This document shows, one piece after another, positions 1 to 9,900 of a stretch of DNA of 38,785 bases. The notes under the pieces were generated by a model. The model was not told the DNA's origin and made no database searches. It saw nothing but the letters and a program-made list of their open reading frames with translations. Location of the stretch: contig JALGVN010000009.1 of assembly GCA_025774645.1 (NCBI GenBank), positions 1 to 38,785 of the forward strand, given 5' to 3'. The position numbers and the translations under genes are program-made. Numbering within the stretch: the first letter of the stretch is position 1; every line of letters begins with the position of its first letter. The DNA is from a bacterium. GTDB lineage: Bacteria > Joyebacterota > Joyebacteria > Joyebacterales > Joyebacteraceae.

Positions 1-4
1 GACG

Positions 5-1996
5 ATGAGACCCTTCGGTATCCTCCTCGTTCTAGCGCTCGTGTTCGCAATCGCGGTCGCAGCGGCTGCGGAGCCGGTCTCCCTCGTCTGGGTGACCCCG
101 TCGTACGGTGATCACGTCAGATGCCTCGGCACGATCGAGGACATGGACGGCGACGCCTTCCCCGACGTCCTCGTCGAGATCGACCACACGGCCGATCCGG
201 CCGGGCACTTCAAGTGCCTCAGCGGCGCCGACGGCGACGTCGTGTGGGGAGTCTCTCCGCCCGGCGGCGTGAGCGGCGGCTGCGGTTACGGCGACTTCTG
301 CGTCGGGACCGCGCCCGACCTGAACGGAGACGCTCTGCAGGAAGCGCTCCTGGGTACCTCCTGGGGGGGCCGGACCGCGTACGCGATCCTCGCCGACGAG
401 CTCGGCACGACGCTCTGGGACTACGACACCTACGTCGACGATCCTCCCTCCGGATGGGTCTACAGCATCGACTGGATCCCCGATGTCAACGACGACACGA
501 TCCCCGAGATCATCTTCGGCTGCGGGAGCGACAACAACCGGGCCTACTGCATGGACGGCGCGACCGGGACGCTCGTCTGGAAGTTCCAGGCGCCCGATGC
601 CGTCTTCCAGGTCGCTCGGACCGGGGACGTGAACGGCAATGGCAAGGCCGATGTCCTCGTGGCAACCGGTGACAACTCCGATTACGCGTACTGCATCGAC
701 GGGGGGAACAGCGGCACGGCGTCGCCGATCTGGTCGTACGACGCGGGTTCCAGCGTCTACTCGATCTGCTCGATCGCGGACGTCAACGACGATGGGATCG
801 ATGACGCACTGCTCGGGCGCTGGTACTCCTCCGGGTATCCGTCCAGCACGCCGGCGGGCGTCGTGTGCGTGAGCGGGGCGAACGGCTCGTGGATCTGGCA
901 GTACGACACGCCCTACGAGTACGGCAACGTGATGCGCGTCGTCACGACCGACGACCTCGACGACGACGGATCGCCGGAGGTCCTCGTGGGCTCGACGGAC
1001 AACATCATCATCTGCGTGAGCGGGAAGACCGGCGTCGAGCACTGGAGCGTCCCGACGAATGGGTCTGTGAATGGGGGATACGTCTGGGCGATTGATCCGA
1101 TTGACGACGTCGACTACGACGGGTACGACGACGTGATCGCGGGGTCGTTCGACCTGAAGGCCTACTGCGTGAGCGGGCGCAGCGGCGATCTCCTCTGGAC
1201 CTACACGGTCGGGAACCGCGTCTACTCCGTGCGGGGAATCAGCGACGTCAACGGCGACGGTCACGCCGAGGCGCTCGTCGGCACGCAGTACATGGGCGGC
1301 AGCGGGGGGAAGGTGTTCTGCCTCGACGCCGACGGCGGGGGGACGTCCGTCCCGCCGGTCGAGAACGTAACGTGCCGCGTCGAGGGTGACGCGGTCGTGG
1401 TCTCGTGGGACTTCGATGAGACCACCGTCGTCCTTGGGTACAACGTCTACCGGATGGCGATTCGCGAGACCGACGCGCCTCCCGGCGAGCGCCAGGGCGA
1501 TCCCGGTTCCGCGACGGTCCGCGAGATACTCGCGGCGCAGGCGGGCATCGGTTCGGGCGACGGCTTCGTCCGGCTCAACGAGGAGCTTCTGGGCGTCAGC
1601 GAGTTCGCCGACCGGAGCGTCGTCGACGGCACGACGTACGCGTACATGGTCGGAGCGGTACCGGCCGAAGGGGAGGAGACCTTCGCGGGGCCGGTCGAGG
1701 TCCGCGCGGATGTCAGGAAGTCCGCGCTCTGGCTCGCGCCCCCGCGCCCGAACCCGTTCGCGGTCTCTTCCGCGGCTGAGTTCTCCGCGCCGGCGGGAGC
1801 GGACGCGACGTTCGCGGTCTACGACGCGTCCGGCAGGCTCGTCCGGCGCCTCGTGCCCGGATCGTACGGGGGTGAGGGGGCCGTGGTCTGGGACGGCCTC
1901 TCTGAGAGCGGCGATCCGGTCGCGTCCGGCGTCTACCTCCTTCGGATGGAGATCGGCAGCGAGAGCACGAGCCGGAAGGTCGTGGTTATCAGATAA
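5..1996 (+). CDS. Secreted FG-GAP/PQQ-like beta-propeller repeat protein with FN3-like domain and C-terminal FlgD-Ig/T9SS-CTD-like domain
   Basis: N-terminal signal peptide; repeated DxNGDGxxD/E Ca-binding loops alternating with CxSGxxGxxxW blades; GYNVYR...YAYMVGAV FN3-like segment; C-terminal PNPF...VYDASGRLVRRL...WDG...SGVYLLRM...RKVVVIR. Confidence 0.85.
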   Translation: MRPFGILLVLALVFAIAVAAAAEPVSLVWVTPSYGDHVRCLGTIEDMDGDAFPDVLVEIDHTADPAGHFKCLSGADGDVVWGVSPPGGVSGGCGYGDFCVGTAPDLNGDALQEALLGTSWGGRTAYAILADELGTTLWDYDTYVDDPPSGWVYSIDWIPDVNDDTIPEIIFGCGSDNNRAYCMDGATGTLVWKFQAPDAVFQVARTGDVNGNGKADVLVATGDNSDYAYCIDGGNSGTASPIWSYDAGSSVYSICSIADVNDDGIDDALLGRWYSSGYPSSTPAGVVCVSGANGSWIWQYDTPYEYGNVMRVVTTDDLDDDGSPEVLVGSTDNIIICVSGKTGVEHWSVPTNGSVNGGYVWAIDPIDDVDYDGYDDVIAGSFDLKAYCVSGRSGDLLWTYTVGNRVYSVRGISDVNGDGHAEALVGTQYMGGSGGKVFCLDADGGGTSVPPVENVTCRVEGDAVVVSWDFDETTVVLGYNVYRMAIRETDAPPGERQGDPGSATVREILAAQAGIGSGDGFVRLNEELLGVSEFADRSVVDGTTYAYMVGAVPAEGEETFAGPVEVRADVRKSALWLAPPRPNPFAVSSAAEFSAPAGADATFAVYDASGRLVRRLVPGSYGGEGAVVWDGLSESGDPVASGVYLLRMEIGSESTSRKVVVIR

Positions 1997-2046
1997 GGGC
2001 AGCGCGGCGGACGCGCGAGCGTACACCAGCACGAACACGAAACGAC

Positions 2047-2084
2047 AGGCGGCCACCCCGGAGGGTGGCCGCCTCTTCTTTGTT
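2047..2084 (+). terminator. Intrinsic terminator between convergent genes
   Basis: Perfect 12-bp stem AGGCGGCCACCC-cgga-GGGTGGCCGCCT followed by CTTCTTTGTT. Confidence 0.75.
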
Positions 2085-2123
2085 CTCGCTCGGTATCCCG
2101 GCGCTCTGTCGCTGCTCGGGCCG

Positions 2124-2690
2124 TTACTCGTAGAGCCCCTTGATGGAGCCCCACGTGACGTTCTGCACGGGATTCCCGCCGCAGTCACCGAAGACCTCGG
2201 GCTGGCCCACCCCGCCATGGTAGCGGTGGCAGAAGATGTAGACGTACGGGGGAACCTCGCAGTCGAGGAGCACGTGCGGCGAGCCTGGGTGCTCCTCGAG
2301 CCCCACCACGCCCGGGGTTCCTTCGTAGACGAACGACAGCTTTGCGACCGCCGTCACCGGGTCGGCCACGCAGTCGGTCGAGATCGTCACACCGTTGAAC
2401 CAGTCGCCGACGACCGAGGCTCCCGGAAGCAGGTTCGTGAAGACGTGATCGGAGGCCATGCCCGGAGTCGTGGACAGGGCGAACGAGATCTCGGTGAACC
2501 CTCCGGGACCTCCCTCCACGATGTCCAGGACCACGTAGGCGTCAACCGTCGAGAACAGCTCAGGGTACACGCTGTACTGAAGGTTCGGAGGATCGAAGTC
2601 GATGTAGAGCTGCTCCCCAATGATCGGGTTGGCGAGGATGGTGCCGGTGCCGAGAACGCAGAGCACGAGGAAGATCATCGCAGTACGCAT
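2124..2690 (-). CDS. Small secreted hypothetical protein with C-terminal PVxxxTWGxIKxLY tail
   Basis: Strong SD (AAAGGAGGT) before ATG; signal peptide MRTAMIFLVLCVLGTGTILA; ends NPVQNVTWGSIKGLYE. Confidence 0.85.
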   Translation of the reverse strand: MRTAMIFLVLCVLGTGTILANPIIGEQLYIDFDPPNLQYSVYPELFSTVDAYVVLDIVEGGPGGFTEISFALSTTPGMASDHVFTNLLPGASVVGDWFNGVTISTDCVADPVTAVAKLSFVYEGTPGVVGLEEHPGSPHVLLDCEVPPYVYIFCHRYHGGVGQPEVFGDCGGNPVQNVTWGSIKGLYE

Positions 2691-2752
2691 CGATACACAC
2701 CTCCTTTCCGGACGAATCGGTATCGCGCGTGGCCCAGAAGTGCCACACCGTC

Positions 2753-2781
2753 ATTCTACCACCAATCCCCGTCCTGTTCAA
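2753..2781 (-). promoter_or_regulatory. Sigma70-type promoter for the 188-aa gene
   Basis: TTGAAC-17 nt-TAGAAT with extended -10 TG on the minus strand. Confidence 0.6.
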
Positions 2782-2807
2782 CCGAGACCGCGCCGCCGGG
2801 CCTTCTG

Positions 2808-2837
2808 TTGACACGTCTGCCCTCGAGGCGATAGAAT
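2808..2837 (+). promoter_or_regulatory. Sigma70-type promoter for the ABC exporter pair
   Basis: TTGACA-18 nt-TAGAAT. Confidence 0.6.
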
Positions 2838-2966
2838 CTCCCCGACCCACCGACCATAGGCCGGAAGTGTCGCGAGGGTGGCATGAACGTCCGCGCCGCA
2901 GCTCCTGCGGGGCGGATTTTGCCACTCGGACGTTCCGAGGCGGGGGCCTAATGCCTCCGGGTGACC

Positions 2967-4724
2967 ATGGGAAGTCTCAAGAGCCTCCTCAAGTATTTCG
3001 CCAAGTACAAGTGGTCCGTCATCGTCGGCTTGATCTCGCTTCTCATCGTCGACGGGATGCAGCTCCTCATCCCGCGCATCATCAAACGGGCCGTGGACGA
3101 CCTCACCGCGGGCGGAATCGTGCGCGGCGATCTCGTGAGCTACGGACTGATGATCGCAGTCCTCGCGGCGGGCATCGCCTGCCTCCGTTTCCTCTGGCGC
3201 TTCCTCATCATCGGGACCTCGCGCCACATCGAGGAGGACTTCCGGAACGAGATCTTCAGCCACCTCCAGAGACTCCCGGCGAGCTACTTCGCGGTCAACA
3301 AGACCGGTGACCTGATGGCCCGTGCGACGAACGACCTGAACGCCGTGAGGATGGCGTCGGGGATCGGCATCGTCGCCGGGACTGACGCTCTCATCCTCGG
3401 TCTTGCGACGATCGGCTTCATGCTCGCGCTCAACGTCAAGCTCACGCTGATGGCCCTCATCCCGATGCCACTTATCGCGATCTTCACGATGCGCGCGGGG
3501 AGGCTCCTGCACCAGCGGTTCGAACAGGTTCAGGAGTGCTTCGCCGATCTGACGGAGCGCGTCCGAGAGAGCATCTCGGGCATCCGCGTGGTCAAGGCCT
3601 ACGCCCAGGAAGACCACGAGCGCGCGAGACTCGCGGACGCCGGGAAGGAGTACGTCCAGAAGAACATCAGCCTGATCAGGATATGGGGGGCGTTCTTCCC
3701 GTTCATCATGATGCTCTCGAGCATGAGCGTCGTCGTCATCATCTTCTTCGGGGGTAGGCAGGTCATCCTCGGGACGATCTCCACCGGAGACCTCGTCGCG
3801 TTTACGAGCTACCTCGGCATTCTCACGTGGCCGATGATCGCGATGGGATGGGTCGTCAACGTGATGCAGCGGGGCGCCGCTTCGATGGGGAGGATCAACA
3901 AGATTCTCGACACGGTGCCTTCGATTGCCGACGCGCCGGACGCGATCGACCTCGATGAGGTCCGCGGGGAGATCGAGTTCCGGGACGTCACCTTCCGATA
4001 CGAGGAGGGACTCGATCCCGCGCTCGTGGACGTCGACATCCGCGTCAGACCGGGAGAGGTGCTTGGGATTCTGGGCCGGACCGGTTCAGGGAAGAGTACG
4101 GTGTGCAACCTCCTCCTTCGGATCTACGAGCCGTCGGAAGGGCAGGTGCAGATTGACGGGCACGACGTCAGTGCCCTCACGCTCGCGACGCTCAGGCGCT
4201 CGATCGGCTACGTGCCCCAGGACACCTTCTTGTTCTCCGACACGCTTCGGGAGAACATCAGATTTGGGATTCCGGACGCACCTGAGGAGGACGTCGTCGA
4301 GGCGGCGAGGATCGCGGGGATGCTCGGGGAGATCGAAGCGTTCCCGGAGGGAATGGACACGCTCGTCGGCGAGCGGGGGGTCACGCTCTCGGGTGGCCAG
4401 AAGCAACGTATCGCGATTGCGCGCGCTCTCCTCAAGCGACCTGCCATCGTCGTCCTGGACGACGCGCTCTCGTCGGTCGACACGGCGACCGAGGAGAGGA
4501 TCCAGCAGGAGCTCAAGGGCGCGCTCTCGGGCCGGACGACCATCATCGTCTCGCACCGGATCTCGTCGATCAAACACGCCGATCAGATCATCGTGCTCGA
4601 AGACGGCCGCGTGACGGAGCACGGAACGCACGAGGAGCTCCTCACGCTCGACGGCCTCTACGCCGGTATCCACCGGCGACAGCTGCTCGAGGACGAGATG
4701 GAAGCCTCAGACGAGGCGAGGTAG
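2967..4724 (+). CDS. Heterodimeric ABC exporter subunit (MdlA/YheI-like; TMD + NBD)
   Basis: 6-TM N-terminal half; Walker A GRTGSGKS, signature LSGGQKQR, Walker B VVLDD (degenerate catalytic Glu to Asp); alternative GTG start at 2961. Confidence 0.93.
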   Translation: MGSLKSLLKYFAKYKWSVIVGLISLLIVDGMQLLIPRIIKRAVDDLTAGGIVRGDLVSYGLMIAVLAAGIACLRFLWRFLIIGTSRHIEEDFRNEIFSHLQRLPASYFAVNKTGDLMARATNDLNAVRMASGIGIVAGTDALILGLATIGFMLALNVKLTLMALIPMPLIAIFTMRAGRLLHQRFEQVQECFADLTERVRESISGIRVVKAYAQEDHERARLADAGKEYVQKNISLIRIWGAFFPFIMMLSSMSVVVIIFFGGRQVILGTISTGDLVAFTSYLGILTWPMIAMGWVVNVMQRGAASMGRINKILDTVPSIADAPDAIDLDEVRGEIEFRDVTFRYEEGLDPALVDVDIRVRPGEVLGILGRTGSGKSTVCNLLLRIYEPSEGQVQIDGHDVSALTLATLRRSIGYVPQDTFLFSDTLRENIRFGIPDAPEEDVVEAARIAGMLGEIEAFPEGMDTLVGERGVTLSGGQKQRIAIARALLKRPAIVVLDDALSSVDTATEERIQQELKGALSGRTTIIVSHRISSIKHADQIIVLEDGRVTEHGTHEELLTLDGLYAGIHRRQLLEDEMEASDEAR

Positions 4725-4728
4725 GACG

Positions 4729-6843
4729 ATGGCACACGACCACCACGACGAGGAAGTGCTGGGCAAGCCGTACGACGCCCGGCTCGTCAGGAGGCTCCTC
4801 ATGTACGTGAAACCGTACATGAGGCTCGTCGTCGTGGCCGTGATCATCCTGACTTTCGTCGCCGGCTTCGAGCTGGCCCTCCCGTACATCACCAGGCTGG
4901 CGATCGACGACTACATAGTCGCGACGGCGCGGCTCGTTCAGGTGGACGCCGGAGCCGGGGGCGACACCGGGGCCTTCGCGCGCGCGTTCATCCAGGAGCA
5001 CTCCGACGATCTCGTGCCGGTCGACGGCGCCGCCGGGGGAGCCTTCCTCGTGCGTTCGAAGCACCTCTCGGGATACGATCCCCGGGCCGTGGCGCGCGCC
5101 ACGGACGCAGGCATCATCGGAGAGGGGAACTACTACCTCGCGGACCGGGAGTCCGTCGAGAAGTCCGGAGTCGACGACGCCGGGTTCCTCTCCGCCGGGT
5201 CGATGGTCGGGATCCCGATGGAGAAGTTCGGCGAGATCTCGAGCGACCAGATATGGATGATCCGAGAGAATGACTTCCGCGGCCTCGCGCGCGTGGCGCT
5301 TCTCATCGTGGCGATCCTCGTCCTGACGTTCGCGTTCTCACTCTTCCAGATCAACATGATGGAGCTTACATCGCAGAGGGTGATGTACGACATCAGGATG
5401 AAGGTCCTGCGTCACCTGCAGAGTCTCTCGCTCTCGTTCTTCGACAAGAACCCGGTGGGACGTCTCGTGACGAGGGCGACGAACGACGTGGAGGTTCTGC
5501 ACGAGATGTTCACGTCGATCGTGATCATGCTCCTGAGGGACGTGTTCATCCTGATCGGCGTCATCATTCTGCTCCTCCGCCTCAACTGGCGGCTGGCGCT
5601 CGTGTGCTTCGCGGTGCTTCCGTTCATGGCGTGGGCGACGGCGATCTTCAGCGTGAGGATTCGTGACGCGTTCCGTGAGGTGCGCGTCCGCGTTGCGCGG
5701 ATCAACGCGTCGCTCCAGGAAAACATCGGCGGGATGAGGGTGACGCAGATCTTCGCGCGTGAACTCGAGAGCCATCGCCGCTTCGCGAACATCAATCACG
5801 ACAATTTCCTGGCGGCGATGCGGCAGATCAAGGTGTTCGCCGTCTTCATGCCGCTCATGGAGCTCGCAAGCTCAGTGGCGATCGGGCTCGTGATCTGGTA
5901 CGGCGGCGGCAAGGTCATCCAGAACACGCTGTCCCTCGGGACGCTGGTCGCGTTCCTCTCGTATGTTCAGATGTTCTTCCGCCCGATCAGGAACCTCGCG
6001 GAGCAGTACAGCACGATGCAGCAGGCGATGGCATCGTCGGAGAGGATATTCCTCCTCCTCGACAACAAGGAGATCATTCCCGAGCCCTCGGAGCCGCGGG
6101 TGCCGGTCGAGGTGGAGGGGCAGATCGCGTTCGAGAACGTGAGCTTCTCGTACGACGGGAATGAGTATGTGCTTCGGGACGTCTCGTTCGAGGTCGAGCC
6201 GGGTGAGACGGTAGCGATCGTCGGGGCGACCGGCGCGGGGAAGACATCGATCATAAGCCTGCTCGAGCGGTTCTACGACGTCCAGAAGGGCCGAATCACC
6301 CTCGACGGGATCGACATCCGCATGTTTCCCAAGAAGTTCCTCCGTTCGCACCTGGGCCTCGTCATGCAGGACGTCTTCGTATTCGCGGGGGACATCAAGG
6401 GGAACATCAGGCTCGGGAACGACGCGATCACCGACGATGAGGTCCGCGCGGTGGCGAAGCACGTGAACGCGGACCGCTTCATCGAGCGTCTACCCGGCAA
6501 GTACGACGAAGAGGTGCACGAGAGAGGTGCGACGCTGTCGACCGGCCAGCGGCAGCTCCTGGCGTTCGCTCGGGCCCTGGCATTCGACCCGAAGATCCTC
6601 ATACTCGATGAGGCGACGTCGAACATCGACACCGAGACGGAGCAGCTCATCCAGGACGCCCTCGTGAGGCTGATGGAGGGAAGGACCTCGATTGTCATCG
6701 CGCACCGGCTCTCGACCATCCAGCACGCAGACAAGATCCTCGTCATGCACAAGGGCAAGATCCGGGAGGTCGGCTCGCACCAGGAGCTTCTTGCGAAGAA
6801 GGGGTACTACTACCGCCTCTACGAGCTCCAGTACGCTCAGTAG
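4729..6843 (+). CDS. Heterodimeric ABC exporter subunit (MdlB/YheH-like; TMD + NBD) with enlarged first extracytoplasmic loop
   Basis: SD GAGGTAGGA; Walker A GATGAGKT, signature LSTGQRQ, Walker B LILDEATS, IAHRLST; 4 bp after its partner gene. Confidence 0.93.
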   Translation: MAHDHHDEEVLGKPYDARLVRRLLMYVKPYMRLVVVAVIILTFVAGFELALPYITRLAIDDYIVATARLVQVDAGAGGDTGAFARAFIQEHSDDLVPVDGAAGGAFLVRSKHLSGYDPRAVARATDAGIIGEGNYYLADRESVEKSGVDDAGFLSAGSMVGIPMEKFGEISSDQIWMIRENDFRGLARVALLIVAILVLTFAFSLFQINMMELTSQRVMYDIRMKVLRHLQSLSLSFFDKNPVGRLVTRATNDVEVLHEMFTSIVIMLLRDVFILIGVIILLLRLNWRLALVCFAVLPFMAWATAIFSVRIRDAFREVRVRVARINASLQENIGGMRVTQIFARELESHRRFANINHDNFLAAMRQIKVFAVFMPLMELASSVAIGLVIWYGGGKVIQNTLSLGTLVAFLSYVQMFFRPIRNLAEQYSTMQQAMASSERIFLLLDNKEIIPEPSEPRVPVEVEGQIAFENVSFSYDGNEYVLRDVSFEVEPGETVAIVGATGAGKTSIISLLERFYDVQKGRITLDGIDIRMFPKKFLRSHLGLVMQDVFVFAGDIKGNIRLGNDAITDDEVRAVAKHVNADRFIERLPGKYDEEVHERGATLSTGQRQLLAFARALAFDPKILILDEATSNIDTETEQLIQDALVRLMEGRTSIVIAHRLSTIQHADKILVMHKGKIREVGSHQELLAKKGYYYRLYELQYAQ

Positions 6844-6881
6844 GCGGACGGGTCGAACGAAGTGGATTCCGGAAGAAGCGA

Positions 6882-6914
6882 CCCCCGCCCCGAATCGGGC
6901 GGGGGCCTTTTTTT
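6882..6914 (+). terminator. Intrinsic terminator of the ABC operon
   Basis: CCCCCGCCC-cgaatc-GGGCGGGGG followed by CC and T7. Confidence 0.85.
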
Positions 6915-6949
6915 GCGTGAGGAACAGCGGATGTCCTGCTGCGGACGTC

Positions 6950-9900
6950 CTACTCAGTCACGTCGTTCCTGCGGGCCGCCGCCGGGTCGAGCTGCATCCA
7001 GGATCCGTTCAGATAGCAGTAGATGTGCCGGCTGCCCGAATCGCCCATGACGCAGATGTCGCCGTCGCTCGGGCTCGCGGGGAAGTCGGCCCGCGGCTCG
7101 AGCCTGAGGACGTCGCTGATGTGGAGCTTCCTCGCCGGCGACGACGTTCCGACGCCGACGTTTCCGGCGACCGCCGAGTAGACGTCACCTCCTGACACGG
7201 TCCAATCGCCGTCTGCCGGGTCGGTCGCGGCGATCGTGATCGCGTTGCCGATGTCGTCCGGCGTGATCGTCACGTTCGATCCAGCAATGAGATCGATGTC
7301 GCCGCCGTCGTTGGCGACACCGTCGAGGCTCGAGACGACGTCGGTGGAGATCATCGCGACCGAGACGGCGTCGGCCTGGCCCTCGTTGACGTAGGCGTCG
7401 TCGTGCTCGTGCACAGTCGTGGCGAAGCTGGCCGCTTCCTGTCCGTCGAGGAGGTCGGAGTCGAGATTGGCGACGTACGTTGGAGCGACGAACCCGAAGT
7501 CCGCGGCCGTGTCGACCTCGCCGGCCTCGTCGTCGATGTACGCCGCGTCGTGCTCGTGCACAGTCGTGGCGAAGCTGGCCGCTTCCTGTCCGTCGAGGAG
7601 GTCGGCATCCATGTTCGCCACGTGGGTCGGAGCGACGAACCCGAAGTCCGCGGCGGTGTCGACCTCGCCGGAGTCATCGTTGACGTAGGCCGCGTCGTGC
7701 TCGTGCACGGTCGTGGCGAAGCTGGCCGCTTCCTGTCCGTCGAGGAGGTCGGCATCCATGTTCGCCACGTGGGTCGGAGCGACGAACCCGAAGTCCGCGG
7801 CGGTGTCGACCTCGCCGGCCTCGTCGTCGATGTGGGCCGCGTCGTGCTCGTGAGTGGCCGTAGCGAGGTCGGAGGAGTCGAGGCCGTCGACGGTGTCCGC
7901 ATCGAGTCCGCTTCCAGTTCCGTCGTTCAGCGCCGTCCAGGCGGTGCCGCTGATCTTGGCCGGGTCGATGGCTGCGCCTGTAGCGACGTCGGCGTCGGTG
8001 ACCGCACCGTCCGCGATCATGTCGCCAGTGATCGACGAAGTCTGTCCTTCGTTCACGAAGACAGCGTCGTACGCGCTGCCGTCCTGGTAGGGAACGGTCA
8101 ACTCGACCGCATCGGCGAGCACCGTGAGGCCCGCGCCGGTGAGGACGTCGAGCGTCACGTCGCCCTCGGTCCCGCCGCCCGTGAGGCCGCTGCCTGCAGT
8201 GACGGCCGTGATGTCGCCGCCGCCGGTGGCCGCGATCGTGATCGTGTTCCCGAGATCGTCGGGAGTGATGGTGATGTTCGCGCCCTCGACGAGGTCGATG
8301 TCGCCAGCGTCGTTCGCGACACCGTCAAGGCTCGAGACGACGTCCGGGACGATCATGCCGGCCCCGACCGCGTCGGCCTGTCCTTCGTTCACGAAGACGG
8401 CGTCGTACGCGCTGCCGTCCTGGTAGGGGACGGTCAGTCCGAGCGTGTCCGCGACGACCGCGAGACCCGCACCGGTCACGATCGCGAGGTTGTTCGCGCC
8501 ATCGTCTGCCAGCCCCGCGCCGGCGATGTCTGCAGCGACCAGGGAGACGTCGTCGGCCGAGACGCTGATCCCGTCGCCCGCGCCGACGGCGAGATGCGCG
8601 TCACCCGTCTCAGCGCCCCCGGTCAGGCCGTCATCGGCGTACACCGCCGTGATGTCCGAGCTGCTCGGTGCCTCCCAGGTTGCCGCGCCGAACGCGTCGG
8701 AGGTCAGGACGTATCCGGTGGACGCCCCGGTGGGCATCGTGAGACCGGTCACCTGCGCGGTTCCGGCGACGTCCAGTTTCGCCTGCGGGTCGTCGATCCC
8801 GATGCCCAGGTTGCCACCGACGTATGTGTCGTTCGGTGTGTAGACGCCCCAGCCGTGGTAGTCGATGTCCCGGTAGCCCAGCGCGCCCCAGTAGTCACCC
8901 TCGTGCTCCGCCCCGAGCACGCCGCCGGTCAGCTTCTCGTCATTGTAGGAATACCCGGCAACCCCGAACGTGTAGAGGTCGCCCCAGTAGTTGTATCCCG
9001 TGATCGCGTTGTTCGTCTCTCCGACGCCGTATCCGGATCCGTCGTTCGGCACGTCCCACTCCCTGTCGCGGAGCGCGTAGATGGCCGTTCGTCCGTCCTC
9101 CAGAGCGTCCGTCTCCATGACGCTGAAGTGGCCGGTCTCGGCGTTGTCCGCGGCGACGACGAACCTTCTTGCCAGCCGCCCGTACGTCCTGGTGTCCCCT
9201 CTCTTGAGGCGCGGCGAACCGTCGCCCCGGGCCGCGACGAGGCCGATGCTGACCGTGCCTCCGCTCTCGAAGATCGCGGAGTTGCCGAGCGTCTGCTCGT
9301 CGACGAACTTGGGGATCCTGTTGGGGTCCCCTGTTCCCGCGATACTGGGCGGGATCGCCTGCCACGTTCCGGATCCGCCGACGCCCGCGGTCAGGACGTA
9401 GCCCTCCGCTGAGCCCGTCGGGAGCTCGAACCCGGTCATGAGGACGTTCCCTTCGAAGTACCCGGCGTACCCGGTGAGGTTGGAGCCGAAGACGCCGACT
9501 CCGACCGGGCCGCTTCCGATGCCCTGGATGCCGGCCGTGCTGCCGGTCCCCTTGACGCCGATGGCGCCGAGTCCCTCGACGCCGGTGCCGATGGCACCGA
9601 TGCCCATCACTCCGATGTTCTCACCGCCGAGGTAGCCGAACGTCCCGGAGGCCGCGTGTGATCCCTGCACGCCCGCGGCGAAGCCCGTCTCGAGCGTGGT
9701 GTTCGTGGCCCCTATGACGGCCGTGAGGGGAGCGTCGGCCGAAGCGTCGAGCGGGATGAGCACGTCCACCGGGTTCTGCCAGGTGCCGACGCCTGAGGCG
9801 TCGGACGTCAGCATGAGACCATCTCCCGGTCCAGTCGTGAGCTGCAGTCCCGTCATCCGCACGGCACCGTCAACCTCCATCTTCTCGACGGGGGTAGTCA

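Noticed and set aside
7401-7852. Tandem repeats as a CRISPR array or DGR template/variable repeats
   Set aside because: In-frame 147-bp coding repeats with no unique spacers; no adenine-specific mismatch pattern; no cas or reverse transcriptase gene in the window.
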